From contig JANWXI010000001.1 in the NCBI GenBank assembly GCA_025057415.1, positions 6,415-70,414 on the forward strand: DNA of 64,000 nt. The letters are read 5' to 3'. The notes under the pieces are model-generated. The model had not been told where the DNA came from, ran no database searches, and worked only from the letters and a program-made list of their open reading frames with translations. Positions 9,658 to 18,500 of the stretch are shown in pieces (position 1 is the stretch's first letter; every line of letters begins with the position of its first letter). This DNA comes from Chitinophagales bacterium. GTDB taxonomy: Bacteria > Bacteroidota > Bacteroidia > Chitinophagales > LD1. A program made the translations under genes and the position numbers.

Positions 9658-10911
9658 TCACACCTCAACATATTCCAGGTCTTTGCCATACGTCTCGGCT
9701 GAATAGTAAACAGCCAGTAACGGAACTGCTATGCACAGCGCCGCAACCACGGCAGCAGATTGCAGGGGAGGCAATAAGGTTTGTAGTCCTTTGTACAGCA
9801 ACATCAGCACAGGAAGCGAGCCGCGGATAAAATTGGGTACGGTAGTAGCAACCGTGTTACGCAGGTTAGTACCAAACTGCTCGGCGGCATTGGTGACCAC
9901 CACTGCCCAAAAACCCGTACCAAAACCAATGAGCGTGATTATCGCATAAAAGTAAGCCGCGCTGGCGCCGCGCGCTGTGAAGTAAAGCACAAAACCTAAC
10001 GCTGTGATAAGGAGAAACGAGACAAGGGCTTTGCGGCGGCTGCGGAGTATTTGGCTAAGATAACCCGCCGCAAAATCACCCACTGTAATGCCGGAGTATG
10101 CATACATGATAGCAATGCCCGACTCTACAGTGCCACGCACGCCTAACTGCTCAGCAAAGCTCTGACAAAAAGTTACCAGCACACCTATACTAAACCAAGT
10201 TGGTAACCCCACCAGTACACAACGCAGGTAGCGCAGGAAACGCTCCCGGTCAGTGAAAAGTTTTAAGAAATTACCCCGCTCTACATGCTGCGACACCAGG
10301 TTGGTAAACATACCCGACTCATACACTCCTATGCGCATGATCAGCAGCGCCAAACCCAACGCGCCGCCAATAAAGTAGCAGGTGCGCCATGCGCTGATGT
10401 CCTGCCCGTTATCACTCAGCACCCGCCACATCATCGAAGCAAACACAGCGCCTGATACACCCACGGCAGCTACCAGCATGGTGCCCCAGCCGCGCTTTTC
10501 TTTGGGCAATGATTCAGCAACCAGCGTGATGCCTGCTCCCAGTTCACCCGCCAACCCTATACCGGCAATAAAACGCAACAGCCCATATTGCCACACTTCG
10601 TCAATAAAACCGTTCAGTATGTTGGCAAGCGAATACGTAACGATGGACCCAAAAAGTACAGAGAGCCGTCCGCGCTTGTCGCCCATTACACCCCACAGGA
10701 TGCCCCCCAGCAACAAGCCGGTCATTTGAATGTTGATGAGCATTTCACCGGTGGGCACCAAAGCATCGGGCGATATGCCGATGTCTTTTAAACTCGGTTT
10801 CCAAACTACGCTAAAGAGAAGAAGGTCGTAGATATCTACAAAGTAGCCCAGCGCAGCAACAATTACGGCAGAGGTAAAAATAGAGCGGGCATGCTGTATT
10901 TTTTCCTTCAT
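9658..10911 (-). CDS. MFS transporter
   Basis: About 12 predicted TM helices. MFS signature-like loop GVMGDKRGRLSV between TM2 and TM3. Its ATG overlaps the stop of the upstream heme A synthase gene (ATGA). Confidence 0.85.
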   Translation of the reverse strand: MKEKIQHARSIFTSAVIVAALGYFVDIYDLLLFSVVWKPSLKDIGISPDALVPTGEMLINIQMTGLLLGGILWGVMGDKRGRLSVLFGSIVTYSLANILNGFIDEVWQYGLLRFIAGIGLAGELGAGITLVAESLPKEKRGWGTMLVAAVGVSGAVFASMMWRVLSDNGQDISAWRTCYFIGGALGLALLIMRIGVYESGMFTNLVSQHVERGNFLKLFTDRERFLRYLRCVLVGLPTWFSIGVLVTFCQSFAEQLGVRGTVESGIAIMYAYSGITVGDFAAGYLSQILRSRRKALVSFLLITALGFVLYFTARGASAAYFYAIITLIGFGTGFWAVVVTNAAEQFGTNLRNTVATTVPNFIRGSLPVLMLLYKGLQTLLPPLQSAAVVAALCIAVPLLAVYYSAETYGKDLEYVEV

Positions 10912-11978
10912 GAAGCCAAAATAGTTTTTTGCCGCAAGTGATATAGTACAACCACTACATTGGCTATCAGTAACATGGCGCCTACCTGGTGCAGTACCCC
11001 ATAAAATACGGGGATTTTACCTACACAATTTATAACAGTCAATACACCTATTATTATTTGTAAACAAACGCTCAATGGAAGCAGTTGTACCGCCAGGCGG
11101 GCAGTTGGAACAGTAAAAGCGCTGCGGTATTTCCACCAAAACAGAGCGATCATCACAGCAATAAGATACGCTGTGCTGCGGTGCAGAAATTGTACAAATA
11201 TTCTTATCCAGTAATCGCTGGCATCGTACTTTAATATTCCATTAAGCGTAGGGTGCATTTCCCATATCGCCTTGGGGATGAGTTCTCCGTTCAAAAGCGG
11301 CCAGTCGTTTGCCGCCAAACCGGCGCGGGTGCCCGATACAAGTCCGCCCATAAATATTTGAAAAAATAATAATATTAAAATTAAGACCATCCAACGAGGT
11401 GCGGTATTGGCGTCAACCGGCGGAGCTTCGCCCAGCCACACCCATGCCGTTACCCACACCAAATAGGCAAACAAACTCAAGGCAAGCAGCAAATGTATGC
11501 TCAGGTGTATGGGTGGTACATACACACCTGTGAGTCCGCTACGTACCATGATCCATCCATATATACCGATTATACCCCCCCACAAAAAGAGTGGAACAAG
11601 GCGAAAGAGCAGTGCGCGCGTTAACCATCCGCGCAGTATAAATAAGGTAAAAGGTACTGCAAACACAATCCCCATAAAGCGCGCCCAGAACCGATGGAAA
11701 TACTCCCAAAAGTAAATCCATTTAAACTCGTTCAACGTCATCCCTTCGTTAAGGGTTTTGTATTGCGTGATATTTTTATACAAGGCAAATTCTGCCTGCC
11801 ATTCTTTTTCGTTTAGCGGCGGTACAATACCTTTGATGGGTTTCCACTCTGTAATGGACAGGCCGGAGTCAGTCAGCCGGGTTACTCCCCCAACAATTAC
11901 CTGAAAAAAAACCATCAGGCATCCTGTAAGCAACCATATTCCGATAATTCTGCGCGCTGCAGGCGACAAGTTATTCAT
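10908..11978 (-). CDS. ctaA: heme A synthase (COX15/CtaA family)
   Basis: Conserved N-terminal block VGGVTRLTDSGLSITEWKPIKGIVPPLNEKEW...EFKWIYFWEYFHR and multiple TM helices with conserved His. The ATG at 11978 is preferred over 12038. Confidence 0.85.
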   Translation of the reverse strand: MNNLSPAARRIIGIWLLTGCLMVFFQVIVGGVTRLTDSGLSITEWKPIKGIVPPLNEKEWQAEFALYKNITQYKTLNEGMTLNEFKWIYFWEYFHRFWARFMGIVFAVPFTLFILRGWLTRALLFRLVPLFLWGGIIGIYGWIMVRSGLTGVYVPPIHLSIHLLLALSLFAYLVWVTAWVWLGEAPPVDANTAPRWMVLILILLFFQIFMGGLVSGTRAGLAANDWPLLNGELIPKAIWEMHPTLNGILKYDASDYWIRIFVQFLHRSTAYLIAVMIALFWWKYRSAFTVPTARLAVQLLPLSVCLQIIIGVLTVINCVGKIPVFYGVLHQVGAMLLIANVVVVLYHLRQKTILAS

Positions 11979-12225
11979 TGCAGGCAAATTTAATGAGAGA
12001 GAGTAAAACAGACCGGGTTTATTCATTTGCATATACAAGGCGTGATAATGACAGCTACTCTCTGTTTTTGTTCACGAAGGGGTTTTCAAAAGTTCAAACT
12101 TTTTGTGGCTGGGTAGGTAACATGCATAGATTGCAAAAACGGGGTGTTATCCATTACATATACTGAAATATTTGCTTTTCCGGATTTTGTATCCATCCCT
12201 AAACGCAAATCTTGGGGCCTGTATC

Positions 12226-12254
12226 AAAAAAAAAAGCCCCGCTATCAGCGGGGC
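12226..12254 (-). terminator. rho-independent terminator after the OmpA/TPR/PD40 gene
   Basis: Stem GCCCCGC / GCGGGGC with loop TATCA. On the minus strand it is followed by a T10 run (plus-strand A10 at 12226-12235). Confidence 0.75.
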
Positions 12255-12275
12255 AAAAAGTATTTATAAAATGAA

Positions 12276-14366
12276 TTATTTTTTCTTTTTGCCGTAAGTG
12301 AAACCGGGCCCGGTTTTTACTTGTTTTACTACTTCGCCATAGTATTCAATTTCCGGCGCCTCATCGGGTTTATCCGGTATTATTTTGAATTCAACACGGC
12401 GGTTGCGAGCCCTGCCTTCAGGGTCATCTTCACCATTCGGGAGTTCGTTGGGCACCGCGGGTACACGCTCCCCAAAAGTTTTCACGATGATGCGGTTCTC
12501 GGCTATTTTCTTTTTGGTAATGAGAAAGTTCTTCACCTCATTGGCGCGGCGGGCGGAGAGTTTATCGTTATACTCATCGGTACCTTTGCTGTCGGTGTGA
12601 CCTTGCACCTCTACCGAATAGCCCGGATTTGCGTTCAGCACAGCCACCACACTATCTATTTGCTTTTGATAAAATTCTATTACGTTGCTTTTATCAAAGG
12701 CAAAGTAAACATTCGGGATGCGGATTTTTTTGCGGATGATGGGGTCTAAATAAAACACCATTTCAATCGTATCGCGTTCTTCATCTTCAGCAATGGTCAG
12801 GTTATCTATAGACGGCCAGTAGCCCTCTTTGTTACCATTGATTTTGTATGAGGTATTGCGTTTAACCGGAAATACAAACGGAGCGCTGGTAGTGATAACA
12901 TTTTGGACAAATTCGAAGTTGTTGCCGGCTACACGGTAAAGTGAAGCGTCCACACCGGTTATGGGGGTTTTGGTAGCATCGCCTCTTTTGACATATATTG
13001 CCTTTAAGAAAACATCACGCTGTAGTGTAACGGTCCAAATGTCGAAGCAGCACGTTTTACCGCGGGGTGAAGTACTACCCTCGCGGTTAGTTACCATAAA
13101 TCCGCGGGTGCCTTTTTCATCCAATGCCAGGTAAAAATCTTCTGCACCGGAGTTTACAGGTACACCCATGTTTTGTACAGGTCCCCAATTTCCGGGTGTT
13201 CCTTTGACTTTAAACACGTCCATATTTCCCAGACCCGGGTGACCGTTTGAAGAAAAATACAGCACTTTGTTTTTTACATCGTAGTGGGGAGTCATTTCAT
13301 CACCAGGAGTGTTGATTTCTGAACCGGCGTTCTGTACAGGTCCGAAACTACCGTCGCTGTTGATTTTAGCGTAAAAAATATCATAACCCCCACGTCCGGC
13401 ACGAGTGCTGGAAAAGTAAAGTACTTCGTTGCTTTCACCGTCAATACCAAAAGCGGGTTGTGTAGTGGTGCCATCGGCAACGTTTAGCGATTTCAACTCC
13501 TCGGCATCGCCCCATTGCCCATTGCTTTTTTTGCATCGGTATAGTTTGCACTTCATCTTATTTTCCAGGTTGCTGTATTGATCACACTTGGTAAAGATGA
13601 TGGTATTTCCGTCAGGGCTGAGCACAGCATTGCCGGTGTGGGTTTTGGGGTCGTTGGGTGGGGAGGGGTAAATGGTTTTATTGGTAAAGCTGTTACCGGT
13701 GCGCTGTGCAGTAAAAATAGCAGAGTAATGGTCAAATTGATTGGTAGTGATGTTTACGGCAGTATCTGTTTTTTGCGAAGAAAACATCACACTGCCGTCC
13801 CTCAGCGGTTTGGGAGCGTAATCCTGAATGGCATTATTAATCACACCCTGTGCGCGCTCAACCTTAATTTTGGTAGGGTTGGCAATCAGAGCCAGCGCTG
13901 TGTCGCATCCATCGCGCTCTACACGTGCCAGGTTTTTGTAACTCACATCTTTTTTACCCAGCTCGGTTTTCAGATATGTGTCGAATGTTTTTTTGGCTTC
14001 TTCATATTTACCATTTGCTTTTTGCATTTGCCCTAAGAAAAACCAATCGTTCGGGTATGCATCCGGGTCTTTATCTACGGTCGCTTTGTAGTATTTTTCT
14101 GCTTGTTCATAATCGCGCAGGTACCGGTTCACCTCACCCAGGCGATGTGTCACCTCAATTTTGTCGGGCTTTGCTTTGTACACATCTTCTAAATACTGGG
14201 CAGCATTGTAGTAGCTGCCTTCTTCCATTTTCTTGCGGGCGATTTTCAGTTTTTTACGCCAGTTGTAGTTAGGGTATTTTTGTACGTTTTTCAGTTTGCC
14301 TTCTTCGCTCTGTGCGTTTACGAACATCACCAAAGGCGTCAACACGGCTAAGAGGAAGTATCTCAT
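12276..14366 (-). CDS. OmpA family protein with N-terminal TPR and TolB-like (PD40) beta-propeller repeats
   Basis: Signal peptide; TPR-like helical repeats (YYNAAQYLEDVY..., YEEAKKTFDTYL); PD40-type repeats (LYFSS.R.GG.G..DIF). The C-terminal OmpA-like domain has NVYFAFDKS ... GHTDSKGTDEYNDKLSARRA ... NRRVEF. Confidence 0.85.
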   Translation of the reverse strand: MRYFLLAVLTPLVMFVNAQSEEGKLKNVQKYPNYNWRKKLKIARKKMEEGSYYNAAQYLEDVYKAKPDKIEVTHRLGEVNRYLRDYEQAEKYYKATVDKDPDAYPNDWFFLGQMQKANGKYEEAKKTFDTYLKTELGKKDVSYKNLARVERDGCDTALALIANPTKIKVERAQGVINNAIQDYAPKPLRDGSVMFSSQKTDTAVNITTNQFDHYSAIFTAQRTGNSFTNKTIYPSPPNDPKTHTGNAVLSPDGNTIIFTKCDQYSNLENKMKCKLYRCKKSNGQWGDAEELKSLNVADGTTTQPAFGIDGESNEVLYFSSTRAGRGGYDIFYAKINSDGSFGPVQNAGSEINTPGDEMTPHYDVKNKVLYFSSNGHPGLGNMDVFKVKGTPGNWGPVQNMGVPVNSGAEDFYLALDEKGTRGFMVTNREGSTSPRGKTCCFDIWTVTLQRDVFLKAIYVKRGDATKTPITGVDASLYRVAGNNFEFVQNVITTSAPFVFPVKRNTSYKINGNKEGYWPSIDNLTIAEDEERDTIEMVFYLDPIIRKKIRIPNVYFAFDKSNVIEFYQKQIDSVVAVLNANPGYSVEVQGHTDSKGTDEYNDKLSARRANEVKNFLITKKKIAENRIIVKTFGERVPAVPNELPNGEDDPEGRARNRRVEFKIIPDKPDEAPEIEYYGEVVKQVKTGPGFTYGKKKK

Positions 14367-14423
14367 ATTGCGTTTAGTTTTCTTGGGTTATAGAAAGGGG
14401 GATTTAGTATTTGGGTTGAAGAA

Positions 14424-15476
14424 TTAATAAATGGGGTTAAACAGGTAGTTGTCTTCTTTCGGAACAAACAGATTGCCGATGTATCCGAGTGAAACTTCAA
14501 AACCCTGAGGCATGGCGCCACCTATGTTTTTGTGGTCTTTGAACTGACGGCCAAGGTGTGCATCATAAGCAAACCCTGCGCGGAAACCTTTCCATTCAAA
14601 GCCCACTTTCGGAATGGCGGTGTAGTTACCAGTATTTACTCTGTTCCAGTAGCCGAGATAAAGAGTGGCGCGTTTGGCAGGGTCGCGGATTACGTGTATG
14701 CCAGCCGTAAGACCAAAATTGGTTTCGTTAGCTTTGGCTTGTTGTTGAAAAAGGAAACCGGGAATGAGAACAGCTTTGTCTTTCAGGTCAAATTCAAAAC
14801 CTCCGTGGCCTGTGTGGCGAAACGGTAAACGATACACGGGAGCATTTTTGAGAAAATCCTGTTTGTAATTGGTTGCGTTGTTGAAGGAGTAACCCATATA
14901 GTAACGCATGCCACGAATGAATTCAAACTTGGTGAAGATGCCGGCATTAACAGCTCCTTTTATGCGGTTACCACTGTTGAAGGTTTCACCGTTATAATTT
15001 GGGTCGTAGGTGAGGTCGGGTTTAAAGCCATCGGCAAACTGAAAATTGCTGAAATCCATTTTGGTCATAGCCACACCTCCCTGTAAACCCACACCTAACT
15101 GAAACTGGTTGCGCGAGCCAAAACCCATATTGTAGGCAAGCGAGGCGAGTATTTGATTATTATTAAAGGTTTTGCCGTTTTGCTGGTCATTGAAAAATAC
15201 GAGCCCTACGCCAAGCGCACCCTTCTTGATTTTTTCGCGGAGCAACGAAAAATCTACACCCACAGATGGAGTGGAAAATGCCGGCCGCCCCTGCGTGAGT
15301 CCGGGGTATTGGTTACGATAAATACCGGTAATTCGGTAAAAACCGTTGAAATTTCCGGTCAGTGCCGGATTAAGCGTAAGTGGTGAGGCATAAAACTGCG
15401 AAAAGTGAATGTCCTGTGCCGTTGCGTAACCGACAAGGAGCGAAGCAGTCAACAGGGCATAAAGTTTAATTTTCAT
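14424..15476 (-). CDS. PorP/SprF family type IX secretion system outer-membrane protein
   Basis: Signal peptide followed by the family hallmark QDIHFSQFYASPLTLNPALTG. About 350-aa beta-barrel-like composition. Lies directly downstream of a type B CTD cargo gene. Confidence 0.9.
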   Translation of the reverse strand: MKIKLYALLTASLLVGYATAQDIHFSQFYASPLTLNPALTGNFNGFYRITGIYRNQYPGLTQGRPAFSTPSVGVDFSLLREKIKKGALGVGLVFFNDQQNGKTFNNNQILASLAYNMGFGSRNQFQLGVGLQGGVAMTKMDFSNFQFADGFKPDLTYDPNYNGETFNSGNRIKGAVNAGIFTKFEFIRGMRYYMGYSFNNATNYKQDFLKNAPVYRLPFRHTGHGGFEFDLKDKAVLIPGFLFQQQAKANETNFGLTAGIHVIRDPAKRATLYLGYWNRVNTGNYTAIPKVGFEWKGFRAGFAYDAHLGRQFKDHKNIGGAMPQGFEVSLGYIGNLFVPKEDNYLFNPIY

Positions 15477-15587
15477 GCTGGTGATTTTTATGTTGTTATC
15501 GGTTTGTAATTTATGTACCGGCTCCGGCCGGCGCTGTTTTGTTTATTTTAAAAAGTGGGTCAAAGAAAATATTTTTTATTGAATGTT

Positions 15588-18500
15588 TTAATGTATCAGA
15601 GTAACCGAACCAAATAAATTGTATTGGATGTTAGTGCCGGGGTTGTTTTGGTCAGGTCCTTGCAGGGTTACATAGTATATGTAAGTTTCAGCGGGTTGCA
15701 TAGCCCCGTTAAAGGTACCGTCCCAGTATCCGTTGCCGTTATATACCAGCTGCCCCCAGCGATTGTAAATACGCATCTCAACTAGGGTGTAAACCCCTTG
15801 CAATTGCGGCGGTATGTATGGACCGAACGAGTCGTTGTTACCGTCACCATTAGGCGTAAATGCATTGGGCATGGGGGGGATGCCGGGAGGAACCACTTTT
15901 ACCTGAATGGAATCTGATGCTATACAACCAAACTCATTGTCAACTACTGTAACGAAATATGTAGTGGTGTTTTGTACAGCCGTTGCAATAGGTGTTTGAA
16001 TGGTAGTATCATTGAGGTATGTGGAGGGAGACCACACATACGTGAAAGAAGAGGTGTAACTTGTGTTTGCCTTCAAGCCGGCATTTTTACCGGTGAAGAT
16101 AGTACCGGAGGGCGGGTCAGCCACAATAGCATCTACAGTTAGGCATCGTATTTCTATGTTAACGGAGCTACTGCCTGTACATTGATTTGCATCGGTAACG
16201 GTGACTGCATACGTTCCTGTAGAGGTTATGTTGATAGAGGGAGAAGTTTGTCCGTTGCTCCAGTTGTAAGATCCTGCCACGTTGGGGCTTAAAGTAATCG
16301 TGGTATCACAACTGCAGTGATTTTGGTCAGCACCGAGAGTGAACGATGGCGGTGTGGTTTCAGATATTTGTACCGAACTTGTATTCTTACATCCGTTGTC
16401 ATCGGCCGTTAACGAATATGTACCGGCAGAAGAAACTGTGATGGAACTGGCAGTAATATTGCCGGGTGCCCAGGTATATATAATACCGCTCACCGGGTTA
16501 ACTGAGAGCGTGGCAGTAGTTTGTCCTGCACAGATAGTATCGTCTGATACGGTAATAGTGGCATCGGGCTTTTGCTTAACCGAAACAAAAGCAGTGTCAA
16601 TGGCTTTAATTTGACATCCGTTGGCATCAGTAGCCGTGTAGGAATATACACCGGCGGTATTCACGGTGATGGTTTGCGTTTGCGCGCCGTTAGTCCACAG
16701 GTAGCTCGCGTAACCCGGAGCCGCATACAGTGTGATGCTTTCGCCTATACAAATAGTTGTGTCACCTGAAGGGTTAGTTACAATCGGGTTTAATATGTAC
16801 TCTGCGATGGTGACAGTATCGGAGTTGTAGAAGCAGTAACCATCGTTTATAGTCACCCAATAATCTTGTGTGGGTTGTGTTTGAGCGCCAGTGGTAATAG
16901 AGGGTGTGGTAGCGCCAGTACTCCATAAATAGGATACATAAGGGCCACCGCTGGGAGTTAACGTTACGGAGTCGTACGGGCACACCGTTTGATCAGGTCC
17001 TAACGTGATAGGAGGGTGTGTACGCACCACTACGCGTATGGAGTCATCAGCTCTGCACCCAATGCTGTCAAACATAGTTACATAGTAAGTAGTGGTTATA
17101 CTTGGAGATGCCACCGGATTGCTGATGTTGGAGGCGTTTAGTGAATTTGCCGGGGTCCAGTTAAATACTGTGGCGTTGCCGGTTACCGTTAATTGCGAAG
17201 TGGCTCCTTTGCAAATTGAATCGGGTTGAACAGAGAGTGCATATTGCACGTTGCCAATGGAAACCCGAACAGTATCATAGGTTACGCATCCATTGCTGAA
17301 TGTAGCCGCCAACACGTAATCGGTGGTGGTAGAGGGGTATGCAAGAGTATTGAGGGTGGTCGGAGAAGATAGCCCTGTAGTTGGCGACCACTGAACACTT
17401 GTAAGTACATTGCCCGCCACGTTGGGAGTGAACCGAAATGCAACCGGAGAAGAGGCCGGCACTGTCCAGCCGCTTTGGTTATATCCAACCGGAGCATGCC
17501 CAACCGTACCGTTGCTATTTTCTACACCAAGTGTGGCTGTTTGGTTAGCAGAGGTCTGAGAAGCTATATGCACCTCGATGATGTTGGTGGTTTCATGGAG
17601 TTGAATCTGACCCGACACATTCCCCGATGCACCGAAGAAGGATGCGTTATTCCAACGAATCACATATCTGCGGTTGGGAGCAGTACCTACAACATAATGG
17701 GTGATCACCCCTGACGGGCTTAATAGATCCTCCCAGCACATGGCAATAAGGTTATTAGGGCTGGCGGGGTTGGGTATGGATTGTGCCGTGAATCCGCTGC
17801 CCTGTCCGCCGGTAAAGGATATCCATCCGTTGGTAGATATGAAGAATTGCGAGTAGTTATTACAGAAAAACTGGAAGTTAAACGGTAATGTGATGGCGCT
17901 GCTCACCACGTCATCTCCAGCAGGCCCTGCAGCCGGGGGTGACAGAGGGTTAAGCGGGCTGTATGGGATACTCGTAATGGTATACGACGGCACACAAACC
18001 TGCGTAGCCGGGAAAAGCACTTTGCCAGAGAGCAGTACTGTATCATCACCACATTTGATTGTGTCGTTACCTGCAGAAATCAACACGGCTGTATCAACAA
18101 GCACAGTGACGTTGGCGTTGCCCTGGCATGTTCCGTCATCCACCGTAACGGAATATATTGTATTGCTAACAACGTTCACAGTGGGGGATGCTACAGGGGC
18201 AACAGGGGTATTGTTTGACGCTGACCAGTTGAAAGTATAGTTTGTTAAGGGGGCTATACACATCACAAAACGTGTATTGGGTCTGTTTTGACCTAATACG
18301 GGAGTTGTTAAAGCCGTACACCCTGATGCCGTGGAAAGGTCCGCATTATCCCACAGCACAGAGTTAGTAAACGATGTGGGTGTAAACGCAACATTATCGT
18401 ATTGGGTATAACTATTGTTATTGAAGCAAACCTCTATGATAAGGTTGCTAAATCCGTCCCAATTAAACGGCACATCAAGGGTGTGGGTGTTCCAACCCAA

